Shown: in pieces, positions 9,082 to 20,037 of the stretch
Numbering within the stretch: position 1 is the first letter of the stretch
Layout: each line of letters begins with the position of its first letter
Assembly (NCBI GenBank): GCA_045568775.1
Contig: JBJLAJ010000006.1
Span: 65,936-129,935, forward strand
DNA length: 64,000 bases
Direction of reading: 5' to 3'
DNA from: Cytophagales bacterium
Lineage (GTDB): Bacteria; Bacteroidota; Bacteroidia; Cytophagales; MED-G16
Notes under the pieces: generated by a model
Told to the model about the DNA's origin: nothing
What the model saw: the letters and a program-made list of their open reading frames with translations, nothing else
Databases searched by the model: none
Made by a program: the position numbers and the translations under genes

Positions 9082-9785
9082 AGTAATAAACCTTCAATCC
9101 TATTTTTATTTTTTAGAGCCAATTGATATTCAGGGGAATCCTTATAGTCTTCTATTACTGTTTTATATGACTCTAACGCTGACTCTAAATTATTAACCTC
9201 CTCATGGACCAATGCTAGTTTCAGTAAATAACTTGGTGTAAAATATTCGTTTGGAGATTCATTAGAAGCTTTCTCAAAATAAGATATAGCGTTTTCGAAA
9301 TCTAAAATTTCTACATATGCATCACCTATAAGTGAATAAGCTCTAGCTTGAATTAGTAGGTCTGATGAAGAAAAATCTTTTAAATACTTTATAGCGTTTT
9401 CGTAATTTCCAAGTTTTAAATATGATGATCCTGCATAAAATTTTGATAAATTAGCAGCATCTGACAACCCATATTCATCAATAATCTCTAGAAACCCATA
9501 ATTATTTCCATCACCATTTAATGCCTGAACTAAACTATCTTTTTCATAATAATATACTGCCTGAAACATTTCTTCTTGAGCGGTTATATTCTGAGTTCTC
9601 TTAAGATATGAAAAAACTGAAAATGAAAGTAAAATAATTGCAACAACACCAATAACAGAAAAAATCTTATTTTTATTTTCATTTATAAATTTTTCTGACC
9701 TGCTCAATGTCTCATTGAGAGCTTCAGTATTTTCAATTGGAAGTACTTCTTTATTCTCTTTTTTAGGCTTTCTTATTTTTACCAT
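9078..9785 (-). CDS. Membrane-anchored TPR protein (YfgM-like)
   Basis: 235-aa ORF with a single TM (IFSVIGVVAIILLSFSVF) followed by TPR-like repeats. An ATGA overlap joins it to ribH. Confidence 0.6.
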   Translation of the reverse strand: MVKIRKPKKENKEVLPIENTEALNETLSRSEKFINENKNKIFSVIGVVAIILLSFSVFSYLKRTQNITAQEEMFQAVYYYEKDSLVQALNGDGNNYGFLEIIDEYGLSDAANLSKFYAGSSYLKLGNYENAIKYLKDFSSSDLLIQARAYSLIGDAYVEILDFENAISYFEKASNESPNEYFTPSYLLKLALVHEEVNNLESALESYKTVIEDYKDSPEYQLALKNKNRIEGLLL

Positions 9786-9792
9786 AATATTA

Positions 9793-10821
9793 TTATTCTC
9801 TTAAAAATGGATAATCTTTTTGAACATAAATGTCATTGTAAGCTTCTTCTGGAGAAGGATAATCTGAGTTCTCAGAGAACTCTACTGACTTCTTAACTTG
9901 ATCTTTAATATTTTTATCTATTGCATCTAACTCATCAAGTTTTAATATCTTTTTTGATAAAATCATTTTTTTTACTTGTTCTATAGGATCTTTCTCTTTA
10001 TAACTCTGTAATTCTTCTTTAGATCTATATTTAGCAGGATCAGACATTGAGTGTCCTTTATATCGATACGTTCTAAATTCTAAAAGTGAGGGTCCCTCAC
10101 CATTTCTTGCTCTGAAAGCTGCTTTAGCTACAGATCTGTGAACTTTAATTACATTCATTGCATCAACAGGTTCAGATGGTATGTCATATGACAACCCGGT
10201 CTTATAAAGCTCAGTTACATTCGAGGTCCGATCTACAGATGTTCCCATTGCATAGCCATTATTTTCAATAATAAAAATAACAGGAAGTTTTAAAAACATA
10301 GATATATTAACTGCCTCATGAAAAGCTCCTATTCTTAGAGCTCCATCACCCAAATATGTTAGACATACATTTCCTGTATTATTATATTTCTCTGAAAAAG
10401 CAATTCCAGCTCCCATAGGAATTTGATTTCCAACAATACCATGGCCACCATAAAAATGTTTCTCTTTATCAAACATGTGCATAGATCCTCCTTTACCTTT
10501 AGAAATCCCCGTTACCTTACCATAAAGTTCAGCCATAATTTTATCAGGATTTGTTCCTAGAGCTAAAGGATGAGCGTGGTCTCTATATGAGGTTATATAT
10601 TTATCTCCTTCTCTTAACGCAGAAACGGCACCCGAAATACAAGCTTCTTGACCAATATATAAATGACAAAAACCCCTAATTTTTTGTTGACCATAGAGTC
10701 TACCAGCCATCTCTTCAAACCTTCTCATAAGAAGCATGGACTTTATCCAATACAGATAAGTAGTTGTATCAAACTCTTCTCTTGACTTAGATTTAACTTT
10801 TTTTTCCTTAGTAGCTGGCAT
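9793..10821 (-). CDS. pdhA: Pyruvate dehydrogenase E1 component, alpha subunit
   Basis: 342-aa ORF with GFCHLYIGQEA, YRDHAH, GGSMHMF and the TPP-binding GDGA...NN region. Confidence 0.9.
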   Translation of the reverse strand: MPATKEKKVKSKSREEFDTTTYLYWIKSMLLMRRFEEMAGRLYGQQKIRGFCHLYIGQEACISGAVSALREGDKYITSYRDHAHPLALGTNPDKIMAELYGKVTGISKGKGGSMHMFDKEKHFYGGHGIVGNQIPMGAGIAFSEKYNNTGNVCLTYLGDGALRIGAFHEAVNISMFLKLPVIFIIENNGYAMGTSVDRTSNVTELYKTGLSYDIPSEPVDAMNVIKVHRSVAKAAFRARNGEGPSLLEFRTYRYKGHSMSDPAKYRSKEELQSYKEKDPIEQVKKMILSKKILKLDELDAIDKNIKDQVKKSVEFSENSDYPSPEEAYNDIYVQKDYPFLRE

Positions 10822-10894
10822 ATTTTAATATTAAATAAAAAATCTCTAATAAATTTTAGTTTATTTACATTAGAAACAATTCTTATTTTTTGCA

Positions 10895-10902
10895 CAAATA
10901 TA
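10895..10902 (-). promoter_or_regulatory. Candidate Bacteroidetes-type -7 promoter box TATATTTG upstream of pdhA
   Basis: Exact match to the TAnnTTTG consensus on the minus strand, 73 nt upstream of the pdhA ATG and abutting the divergent recF start. A chance match is possible in AT-rich DNA. Confidence 0.3.
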
Positions 10903-10903
10903 T

Positions 10904-11995
10904 ATGCATATTGATAAAATAAAGATTAATAATTTTAAAAATTATATTTCTAGTGAGGTCAAGTTTTCAAATAAAATTAATTTTTTATTTGGTAAAAACG
11001 GTTCTGGGAAAACAAATCTACTAGATGCTATTTATTACCTTTCATATGGGAAAAGTGCTATAAATAATTTTGATTCAGATAATGTTTTAGCCAAAGAATC
11101 ATTTTTCAGAATAGAAGGTGACTACTCAAATAACAACTCCTATACATGCACTTTTGAACAACCAAATGTTAAAAAAATATTTGAGAATAATGAAAAATAC
11201 TTAAAAGTTAAAGATCATTTAGGGAAGATACCATTGGTCTTCATAACCCCATATGACATTAATTTAATAAGAAATTATAGTAGTGAAAGAAGAAAGTTTT
11301 TTGATCAACTATTTTCACAAATTGATAAAAATTATCTGAATAACCTTATTGCATATAATAGATTATTAAAACAAAGAAATACTTACATAAAGAGTATCTC
11401 CAATTTAGATGATATAGATAATAATTATCTTAAGGTTTACGATGAAAAATTAATTCAATTAAATAATTCCATTCATAGTTTCAGAGAGAGTGAACTAGAA
11501 AAATTTAATGAGTCATTTAATCATGTGTCAAACGAATTAAATAACTCTAAAAATAATTTCAATGTTTATTATTCATCAAATTTTAATAAGGAAATGAATT
11601 GTGATATTTATGAAAAATATTTGGAAAAAGATTTTTATACAAAAAAAACAAATATTGGGATCCACAACGACGATTACTCATTTATGATGAACAACAAATT
11701 AATTAAAAGAATAGGGTCCCAAGGTCAGCAAAAAACATTTATAATATCCTTGAAGTTGTCAGAATTTTATCTTTTAAAAAAGAAACTATTAATAACCCCC
11801 ATACTACTTCTTGATGATATATTTCACAAACTTGATGACACTAAAATTAATACTTTTGTAAAGTATATTCTAGGAAATAATTTTTCTCAGATTTTTATTT
11901 CAGACTCTTTAGAGGATAGATTACATAAAATGAAAAAAATAATACACCCAATTAAAATATTTAATATAGATAAAGGAATAATAAATGAAGAGTAA
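10904..11995 (+). CDS. recF: DNA replication and repair protein RecF
   Basis: 363-aa ORF with Walker A GKNGSGKTNLLDAIYYL and C-terminal LLLDDIFHKLD (Walker B/D-loop). Confidence 0.9.
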   Translation: MHIDKIKINNFKNYISSEVKFSNKINFLFGKNGSGKTNLLDAIYYLSYGKSAINNFDSDNVLAKESFFRIEGDYSNNNSYTCTFEQPNVKKIFENNEKYLKVKDHLGKIPLVFITPYDINLIRNYSSERRKFFDQLFSQIDKNYLNNLIAYNRLLKQRNTYIKSISNLDDIDNNYLKVYDEKLIQLNNSIHSFRESELEKFNESFNHVSNELNNSKNNFNVYYSSNFNKEMNCDIYEKYLEKDFYTKKTNIGIHNDDYSFMMNNKLIKRIGSQGQQKTFIISLKLSEFYLLKKKLLITPILLLDDIFHKLDDTKINTFVKYILGNNFSQIFISDSLEDRLHKMKKIIHPIKIFNIDKGIINEE

Positions 11996-12278
11996 GAGAA
12001 AATCTAAATTATTATCAATTAAAGATTTAACATCTGAGTTCTATAATTCAGATAAAATGAAAAAAGGAATTAATGAAGTTGAAATATCGAATACATGGAA
12101 TAAAATAACGAGTAAGCAGATTCAATCTAGAACCAAAAAATTATTTGTTAAAGAAAACAAATTATATATTAAAGTTAATTCTGCACCATTAAGAAATGAA
12201 CTTTCTAACAACAGAAAAGTTATTCTTGAAAAGTTCAAAGCAGAACACAAATATGTTACTGAAATATTTTTTATTTAA
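11985..12278 (+). CDS. DUF721 (DciA-like) protein
   Basis: 97-aa basic ORF that overlaps the recF end by 11 nt. This is the conserved position after recF, and KLYIKVNSAPLRNELS is typical of the family. Confidence 0.65.
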   Translation: MKSKRKSKLLSIKDLTSEFYNSDKMKKGINEVEISNTWNKITSKQIQSRTKKLFVKENKLYIKVNSAPLRNELSNNRKVILEKFKAEHKYVTEIFFI

Positions 12279-12844
12279 AATTCTCCAAGAAATTTCTTTT
12301 GAAAAATTAGTAAAATAGCAACCCCGGTAAAAATATAAGAATCTGCTAAATTAAAAACAGGCCATAATGAAAGATAAGAGCCGCCAATTAACGGGATACT
12401 TGACGGAATATAACCTTCCCAAATATCTATATAGAACATATCTATTACTTGACCATAAAATAAACTAAAAGGGGCATCTGTTGGTGAATTATTAAATAAT
12501 ATACCATAAAAAACACTATCAATAACATTACCTATAGCTCCAGCTAAGATTAATGATATACAACATAATAATATAAAATTCGATTTCTTTGTGAGCAAAT
12601 TATATAGATAAAATCCTATAACAAAAGAAGCAATAAGTCTAAATAAAGTCAAAAGTAATTTAGTATACTTAAAGTCAAAATTAATACCAAAAGCCATTCC
12701 CGGATTTTCTAGATGATATAATTTAAAAAAGTCTCCCACTATTGCAATCTCAGAGTGAAGGGGCATGTTAAAGTGGATAATACTTTTAACAGATTGATCT
12801 AATACTATTAAAGTTACTACTAAAAGAAAATATTTTAATTTCAT
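12275..12844 (-). CDS. lspA: Lipoprotein signal peptidase II
   Basis: 189-aa ORF with NPGMAFG, GAIGNVIDS and FNLADS motifs, 4 nt downstream of ileS. Confidence 0.85.
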   Translation of the reverse strand: MKLKYFLLVVTLIVLDQSVKSIIHFNMPLHSEIAIVGDFFKLYHLENPGMAFGINFDFKYTKLLLTLFRLIASFVIGFYLYNLLTKKSNFILLCCISLILAGAIGNVIDSVFYGILFNNSPTDAPFSLFYGQVIDMFYIDIWEGYIPSSIPLIGGSYLSLWPVFNLADSYIFTGVAILLIFQKKFLGEF

Positions 12845-12848
12845 GAGA

Positions 12849-15800
12849 TTACAACTTCTTAATTACATAATTTATATTCTTAGGAGAAGATTCTCCAGTA
12901 TCAATATTCAAATCCATAGTTTTTGAATCTTTAATTTCCTCAACTAACATGAAATTCAATGCTTGAATTTCATTACAAATAAATTCTTTATGTTTTGACA
13001 GCGATTCATTTAGAAATGATTGATCGTTTTTAATTTGAATTTCAATTTTATCTGTGACTTCAAGAGACATACTTTTTCTCTCATTTTGTATTTTATTTAC
13101 AAATTCTCTTGCTATACCTTCAGACAAAAGTTGTTTATCAATAGATGTATCTAGCGCTATTGTGAAAATATCATTAGAAGCCACTTGTTTTCCTTTTATT
13201 TCACCAAAAGAAATTTCAACTTGACTTGAGTTTAGGCTTATAATAGATTTGTTTTCTAGAGTAATGTTTGTCTTACCTTCTGATTCAAGTTCATTAATCT
13301 CATCTTGACTCATAGCATTAATTCTATCGGCTACCATTTTCATATTTCTTCCGTGGATTGTCCCTAATTCTCGATAATTAGGTTTTATTTTTTTAACAAA
13401 GACTTTAGAGTTATCATATATATATTCAACTTCTTTCACATTCACTTCTGATAATATAATATTTTCAACAATCTTAATATCCTTTTCTATACCCTTCGAC
13501 TTTATAGGTATTGATATTTTTGAAAGAGGTTGCCTGACTCTTATTTTTTCTTTTTTTCTAATTGAATGAACTAATGAAGATATTTTCTGCGCGTATAACA
13601 TTTGTCTCTCTAAAGAACTAGATATAAGTTTATTATCAACTATTGGAAATTTAGAGAGATGAACAGAATCTATCTTATTATCAACAAACTCATTTAGATC
13701 ACCAAATAATTTTTCTGCATAGAAAGGGATAAAAGGAGAGGATATTATTGATATATTTTTTAAACACTCAAATAACGTTTGATAAGCCATTAACTTATCT
13801 TCAGTAAGTTCTCCTTTCCAAAATCTTTTGCGATTTAATCTAATATACCAATTACTTAAATCATCATTAATAAATTGATTGATGATTCTTGCTGCCTTTG
13901 TTGGGTCATAATCATCTAGTTTATTAGAAACTAAATGGATAGTCGTATTTAGTTTACTAATAATCCACTTATCTTCAAGACTTCTTTTTTCATATGAAAT
14001 AAATTCTTCATCTCCTGTAAAGCCATCAATATTTGCATATAATGAAAAGAAATTATATGTGTTATTTAGAGTGCCAAAAAACTTTCTTAATACTTCACTG
14101 ATGCCATCCATATCAAATTTTAAATTATCCCATGGATTGGAGTTAATGATCATGTATAACCTTGTAGCGTCAGGTCCATATTTTTTAATTATTTCAAATG
14201 GGTCAACAGCATTCCCTAATCTCTTGGACATTTTATTTCCTTCTTTATCTAGGACAAGACCATTTGATATTACATTTTCAAAACTAACCTTCCCAAAAAG
14301 CATTACAGAAATAGAATGTAATGTAAAAAACCAACCTCTAGTCTGATCAACACCCTCGGCTATAAATTTAGCTGGAAACATCTTTTCAAATACATCTGTA
14401 TTTTCAAAAGGGTAATGATATTGAGCAAAAGGCATTGACCCTGAATCATACCATACATCAATTATGTCTTTCTCTCTGTACATTGGCTTACCTTTATCTG
14501 AAGATAAAATAATGTCGTCGACAAAAGGTCTATGAAGATCAATATCTGAAGATAAATTTTTATCCATAATACCATTATCAAAAGCTTTTTTCACTTCTGA
14601 CCTTAGTTGATCAATACTTCCAATGCAAATTTCTTCTTTACCATCCTTTGTTCTCCATATGGGCAAGGGCGTTCCCCAAAACCTAGACCTACTCAAATTC
14701 CAATCAACTAAATTTTCTAACCAATTTCCAAATCTACCTGTTCCTGTAGAAGGTGGTTGCCAGTTAATATCTTCATTTTTTTTAATTAACTCCCCTTTTA
14801 ATTTTGTGGTATTTATAAACCAAGATTCTAAAGGGTAATATAAAATTGGCTTATCCGTCCTCCAACAATGGGGATAACTATGTTCATACTTCTGTACATC
14901 AAATGCCTTATTCTCTTTTTTTAGTTTAATGGAAATCTTTTCATCAGTGGTTAAACCATCAGATTCAGAAAATTTCTTAACTTCAAGACCAGCAAAATCT
15001 ATAATTTCATCTACAAACTTCCCTGATTTATTTACTATAGGAACTTTTTCGTTTTTATTATTTAAAACAAAAATCCCAGGAAGATTGTTTTTTCTAGAAA
15101 CATGAAAATCATCAGAACCGAAAGTTAAACTTATGTGTACAATACCAGTACCTTCTTCAGTTGTCACAAAGTCAGCTGAAACAACTGTAAACGCTGGCTT
15201 TTCAGCTTTGACATAAGGAAGAAGTTGTTCATAATCTAACCCAATAAAATTCTTCCCCTTAAAAGATTTAATAATTCTATATTCAATTTTCTTTTTGTCA
15301 AAAGTTATAGACTCATTTTTACTTTCATTTTTATTATCAAAAAATTTATTTACACAACTTTCAGCTAAAATCACATTTATTTTTTTCTCTGTGTATTTAT
15401 TAAATGTCTCAATTTGAACATAGTCTATATTTTTTCCTATAGCCAAACCGTTGTTAGCAGGAAGTGTCCATGGTGTTGTCGTCCAGGCTAAAAAATAACA
15501 TTCTTTACCTCCAAAAATTTTATTTGTTTTTTCGTTTTTTGATATTTTAAACTGTGCCGTCAGTGAGGTGTCCTTAATTGTCTTATATGCTCCTGGCATG
15601 TTAAGCTCATGAGAACTGAGTCCCGTTCCAGCTGCTGGTGAATATGGTTGTATAGAGTAACCTTTATATAATAAGTTATTATCATATAACTTTTTTAAAG
15701 ACCACCATACCGACTCAATATAATTATTATCAAAAGTTATGTAAGCATCATTGATATCTAGCCAATACCCTATACTCTCTGTAAGCTCTTCCCACTTTGT

Positions 15801-16196
15801 TTTGAATTGCATTACTGCCTTCTTACACTCATTATTATACTCTTCTACTGATATTTTACTTCCTATATCATCTTTTGTAATTCCTAATTTTTTTTCAACT
15901 TGTAATTCTACAGGTAAACCATGCGTATCCCAACCCCCTTTTCTGTAAACCCTATATCCTTTAAGGGTTTTATATCTACAAAATATATCTTTAATTGTTC
16001 TCGCCATCACATGATGAATCCCGGGCATTCCATTTGCAGAGGGTGGTCCCTCGTAGAAAGGGTAGATCTTATCCTTAGGCCTAGTCTCTATTGATTTTTG
16101 AAAAATTTTATTCTTCTTCCAAAATGATATAACCTCCTTACTTATATCAAAGTAATTAATTGAATCATATTCATTAAATTTTTTATCATTTATCAT
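12849..16196 (-). CDS. ileS: Isoleucine--tRNA ligase
   Basis: 1115-aa ORF with PSANGMPGIHHV (HIGH region) and KMSKRLGN (KMSKS). Confidence 0.97.
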   Translation of the reverse strand: MINDKKFNEYDSINYFDISKEVISFWKKNKIFQKSIETRPKDKIYPFYEGPPSANGMPGIHHVMARTIKDIFCRYKTLKGYRVYRKGGWDTHGLPVELQVEKKLGITKDDIGSKISVEEYNNECKKAVMQFKTKWEELTESIGYWLDINDAYITFDNNYIESVWWSLKKLYDNNLLYKGYSIQPYSPAAGTGLSSHELNMPGAYKTIKDTSLTAQFKISKNEKTNKIFGGKECYFLAWTTTPWTLPANNGLAIGKNIDYVQIETFNKYTEKKINVILAESCVNKFFDNKNESKNESITFDKKKIEYRIIKSFKGKNFIGLDYEQLLPYVKAEKPAFTVVSADFVTTEEGTGIVHISLTFGSDDFHVSRKNNLPGIFVLNNKNEKVPIVNKSGKFVDEIIDFAGLEVKKFSESDGLTTDEKISIKLKKENKAFDVQKYEHSYPHCWRTDKPILYYPLESWFINTTKLKGELIKKNEDINWQPPSTGTGRFGNWLENLVDWNLSRSRFWGTPLPIWRTKDGKEEICIGSIDQLRSEVKKAFDNGIMDKNLSSDIDLHRPFVDDIILSSDKGKPMYREKDIIDVWYDSGSMPFAQYHYPFENTDVFEKMFPAKFIAEGVDQTRGWFFTLHSISVMLFGKVSFENVISNGLVLDKEGNKMSKRLGNAVDPFEIIKKYGPDATRLYMIINSNPWDNLKFDMDGISEVLRKFFGTLNNTYNFFSLYANIDGFTGDEEFISYEKRSLEDKWIISKLNTTIHLVSNKLDDYDPTKAARIINQFINDDLSNWYIRLNRKRFWKGELTEDKLMAYQTLFECLKNISIISSPFIPFYAEKLFGDLNEFVDNKIDSVHLSKFPIVDNKLISSSLERQMLYAQKISSLVHSIRKKEKIRVRQPLSKISIPIKSKGIEKDIKIVENIILSEVNVKEVEYIYDNSKVFVKKIKPNYRELGTIHGRNMKMVADRINAMSQDEINELESEGKTNITLENKSIISLNSSQVEISFGEIKGKQVASNDIFTIALDTSIDKQLLSEGIAREFVNKIQNERKSMSLEVTDKIEIQIKNDQSFLNESLSKHKEFICNEIQALNFMLVEEIKDSKTMDLNIDTGESSPKNINYVIKKL

Positions 16197-16197
16197 A

Positions 16198-18495
16198 TCA
16201 CTTTTTGTAAAAATGTAAAATTATACTTGGCAATAAAGTGAGATTAGTAATCATTGCAACAAATAATATAATAGATGTTAAAACACCTAATACAATTGTC
16301 CCTCCAAAATTAGAAAAAGTAAATATTATAAATCCAAAAAATAGAATAAAGGATGTAAAAATCATTGACCTTCCGGTTTGATTTATGGTATCAATAATAG
16401 AATCATCTAAATTTTTGCTCCTTAATTCATTCTTAAATTTCGCAAGAAAATGAATTGAATAATCAACTGATATTCCAAAGACAATACTAAAAACCAAAGC
16501 AGAACTGGGTTTTAATGGTATATTAAAATAGCCCATAATACCGCCAGCTATTATTAATGGTATAATATTTGGAATCAAAGAAATTATTACCATTTTAATG
16601 TTTTTAAATAGTAATGACATTATTACACTTATAATTATAAATGCTAATAACATACTTTGAAGTAAATTCTCAACTAAGAAATTAATTCCTTTAATAAATA
16701 TTAAAGTAGTACCTGTCATTTTTACTTCTGCCTTTGAGTTTGAAAATATTTTTTCAATTTCGGGTCTAAAAACATTTTTAACCACCGAATCAAGTTTATA
16801 AGAACCCAAATCAGCTACGTTTAAAGATATTCTCATTTTTTGACCAACTGAATCAACAAATGATTTTGAAATATTATCGCTAGAAACATTTTCTTGATAT
16901 CCCTCTGATAAATATCTGAAAATAAAATTTTTATCCCTATTATTTGGAAGGCTATAAAACGCAGGATTATTATTATAATAAGCTTGTCTAGAAGCCTTTA
17001 TAAATGTCACTAATGATATTGGAGTTGATACATACTCCTTATCTTCTAAAAAAATTTCAAATCTATCAACCTTTTTTAGTAGGTTAAGATTTTGAACTCC
17101 TTTTTTCATTTTTGTATCTACAACAATTTCGAGAGGCATAACTCCAGAAAAATTAGACTCAAAAAACTTAAGATCTTTCATTAAAGCACTTTCTGTAGGA
17201 ACATCATCTACTAAAAACGAAACCGATTTAATTTTAGAAAGACCGAATAATGAGACCAATACAATTGTAGAAAAAATTAAAAAGACTCTTTTTTTGTGAG
17301 TAAAAGAAATATAGCGAAAATAAAAAATGAGATTATTTATAAAACTATAATTTAAGTAATTGACCTGACTACTTTTTGGCTTTGGAAGTGCTAAATAAAT
17401 TGAAGGCAAAAGAAATATACTAACTACAAAAGTAGCTAAAACATTGATCCCAGCAACAATTCCAAATTCAGTTAATATTTTTATATCCGTAGTGGAAAGA
17501 ACAAAAAAACCAACAGCTGTTGTCAAATTAGTAATTAATGTAATTAATCCAATAGTCTTTATAACATGTACAATTGCTTTCTTTTTATCTTTTAGTTTAT
17601 CAATTGAGAAATGATAATAATTTAACATATATACACAGTTAGGGATCCCTATAACAACGATTATTGGAGGAAGTAAACCAGTTAATAATGTGATCTTAAA
17701 TCCAAATAATGCTAAAGTACCAAACACCCACGTCACAACTATTCCAATAATAATTAAAGGAACAATTACTGTGTCAAGAGACCTAAAAAATAAAAACAAA
17801 ATAATAGCTAAAACAACTATTGAGACTATTAATAAATTAGCTAATTCTTTTTTAACACTTTCAGCTATTATATATCTAGAATATGGGAGGCCCGCATAAT
17901 GAAGTTTTATATTGGATTTTAATTGAAATTCTTCACTCTTATTAATCAAGTCAAGCATTAACTTATTTCTACTTTCAGAGTTTAAAATATTTTTATCAAT
18001 AGTAATCAAGAGGGTTAATGCACCTTCTTCATTTAAAATCTTTCCCTCATAAAACTTTTCTTTACTTATTAGATCAAGCAGACTGTCATATGAATTCTGA
18101 TCATTTGGAAAAGGCTCAAAAACATTAATAAAGTTGAAATTTTTATTTTGATTATTTTTTTTTAAAACTTGTAATTTGGGTAAACCTAATACACCCTTAA
18201 CTCCATAGACATTTTGAACTTCTTCAATATAATTGTTGTATAACTTTAATTTATCAATTAAGAAAATAGAAGAATCTTTTAATCCAATTGCTAGTACATT
18301 ACCATCCTCACCAAAAGTTTCTTTGAACGAATTATAGTACATCATCTCCTCATCTGTGTCAGGAACAGTTTGAGAAAAATCATAATTATATTCAACCTCA
18401 AGGGCCTTATAACCCATAAAAAAAGTAAAAGCCAGAATTATTAAAATGAAAATTTTTCTGTTATTTAAAACAAAACTTGAAAATTTTTCTGCCAT
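16198..18495 (-). CDS. RND-superfamily / MMPL-type exporter (COG1033-like, two 6-TM bundles with two large periplasmic loops)
   Basis: 765-aa ORF. Topology by eye is TM1, a ~190-aa loop, 5 TMs, TM7, a ~200-aa loop, then 5 TMs. No adjacent membrane-fusion or OM-factor gene is present. Confidence 0.75.
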   Translation of the reverse strand: MAEKFSSFVLNNRKIFILIILAFTFFMGYKALEVEYNYDFSQTVPDTDEEMMYYNSFKETFGEDGNVLAIGLKDSSIFLIDKLKLYNNYIEEVQNVYGVKGVLGLPKLQVLKKNNQNKNFNFINVFEPFPNDQNSYDSLLDLISKEKFYEGKILNEEGALTLLITIDKNILNSESRNKLMLDLINKSEEFQLKSNIKLHYAGLPYSRYIIAESVKKELANLLIVSIVVLAIILFLFFRSLDTVIVPLIIIGIVVTWVFGTLALFGFKITLLTGLLPPIIVVIGIPNCVYMLNYYHFSIDKLKDKKKAIVHVIKTIGLITLITNLTTAVGFFVLSTTDIKILTEFGIVAGINVLATFVVSIFLLPSIYLALPKPKSSQVNYLNYSFINNLIFYFRYISFTHKKRVFLIFSTIVLVSLFGLSKIKSVSFLVDDVPTESALMKDLKFFESNFSGVMPLEIVVDTKMKKGVQNLNLLKKVDRFEIFLEDKEYVSTPISLVTFIKASRQAYYNNNPAFYSLPNNRDKNFIFRYLSEGYQENVSSDNISKSFVDSVGQKMRISLNVADLGSYKLDSVVKNVFRPEIEKIFSNSKAEVKMTGTTLIFIKGINFLVENLLQSMLLAFIIISVIMSLLFKNIKMVIISLIPNIIPLIIAGGIMGYFNIPLKPSSALVFSIVFGISVDYSIHFLAKFKNELRSKNLDDSIIDTINQTGRSMIFTSFILFFGFIIFTFSNFGGTIVLGVLTSIILFVAMITNLTLLPSIILHFYKK

Positions 18496-20033
18496 TAAAT
18501 TTTCTTTAATAAATTATTTATAGATGTAAATTTATTAATATGATCTGCTAATATATTAATTGGGACTCTCTCCTGTTCCATTGAATCTCTATTCCGTATA
18601 GTTACAGAATTATCTTTTAGTGAATCATAGTCAATAGTCACACAAAATGGAGTTCCTATTGCATCTTGTCTTCTATATCTTTTTCCTATTGAGTCTTTAT
18701 AATCGTATTGAGTTTTAAAATTAAGCTTTAATTCATCATATATCTTAAGTGCCTTTTCTGGTAGTCCATCTTTTGCGTTCAAAGGCATAACAGCAACTTT
18801 TACTGGAGAAATTTCAAAAGGAACCTTAAGGACAACCCTTTCTGTTCCATCTTCAAGTTTTTCATTCCTTAATGAAGATGATATTACTGCAAGAAAAAGT
18901 CTATCTAAACCAAGAGAAGTTTCCACAACATACGGTATAAAACTAGAACCTGACTTTTGGTCATAATAGTTTATTTTTTTTCCAGAATGTTTCTGATGAT
19001 TTTTTAAATCAAAATCTGTTCTAGAGTGAATACCCTCAAGCTCTTTAAAACCCATTGGGAAATTAAACTCTATATCACATGCAGCATTAGCATAATGTGC
19101 TAAATTTTCATGATCGTGAAATTTGTACAAATTATCACCTAGTCCAAGAGCATTATGCCATTTCATTCTTTTCTCTTTCCACTCCTCATACCATTTCATT
19201 TCGCTACCAGGCTCAACAAAAAATTGCATTTCCATTTGCTCAAACTCTCTCATTCTAAAGATGAACTGTCTGGCAATTATTTCATTTCTAAATGCTTTTC
19301 CAATTTGGGCAATACCAAAAGGTATCTTTACTCTTGTTGAATTAACTACATTTAAAAAGTTTAAAAAAATTCCTTGAGCTGTTTCGGGACGAAGAAATAT
19401 CTTCTTTGAAGATTCAGATGTAGATCCAATCTCTGTAGAAAACATTAAGTTGAACTGCTTTACATCTGTCCAGTTTGAAGTGCCAGAAACCGGATCATTT
19501 ATTTTTAGATCGTCAATAAGAATTTTTAACCCTTTAAGATCGTTAGATTTAAGAAAGTCATTCATCTTAGCAGATATTTCACTAGTTTGAGAAATATAAT
19601 TTTTTACCCTTTCATTTGTTTCTCTATAGACCTTTTCATCAAATTTTTTTCCAAATCTCTTCCTTGCCTTAATGATCTCTTTATCAATTTTAGAATTAAT
19701 TTTAGCTATATAATCTTCTATTAATACATCGGCTCTATATCTTTTCTTAGAATCTTTATTGTCAATTAAAGGGTCATTAAATGCATCTATGTGACCAGAG
19801 GCTTTCCAAGTAGTGGGATCCATAAACACAGCTGAATCAATTCCGACTATATTGTCATGGAGTTGTGTCATGGATTTCCACCAAAAATCTTTAAGGTTAT
19901 TTTTTAATTCACTTCCATAAGGACCATAATCATATACAGCGCTTAAACCATCATAAATTTCACTAGATTGGAATATAAACCCATTAGCTTTCGAGTGAGA
20001 TATTACTTTTTTTAAGAAATCATTATTATCCAT
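18495..20033 (-). CDS. glyQS: Glycine--tRNA ligase (dimeric class II type)
   Basis: 512-aa ORF with FRNEIIARQFIFRMREFEQMEMQFF and a C-terminal anticodon-binding domain. Confidence 0.95.
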   Translation of the reverse strand: MDNNDFLKKVISHSKANGFIFQSSEIYDGLSAVYDYGPYGSELKNNLKDFWWKSMTQLHDNIVGIDSAVFMDPTTWKASGHIDAFNDPLIDNKDSKKRYRADVLIEDYIAKINSKIDKEIIKARKRFGKKFDEKVYRETNERVKNYISQTSEISAKMNDFLKSNDLKGLKILIDDLKINDPVSGTSNWTDVKQFNLMFSTEIGSTSESSKKIFLRPETAQGIFLNFLNVVNSTRVKIPFGIAQIGKAFRNEIIARQFIFRMREFEQMEMQFFVEPGSEMKWYEEWKEKRMKWHNALGLGDNLYKFHDHENLAHYANAACDIEFNFPMGFKELEGIHSRTDFDLKNHQKHSGKKINYYDQKSGSSFIPYVVETSLGLDRLFLAVISSSLRNEKLEDGTERVVLKVPFEISPVKVAVMPLNAKDGLPEKALKIYDELKLNFKTQYDYKDSIGKRYRRQDAIGTPFCVTIDYDSLKDNSVTIRNRDSMEQERVPINILADHINKFTSINNLLKKI

Positions 20034-20037
20034 TCGA

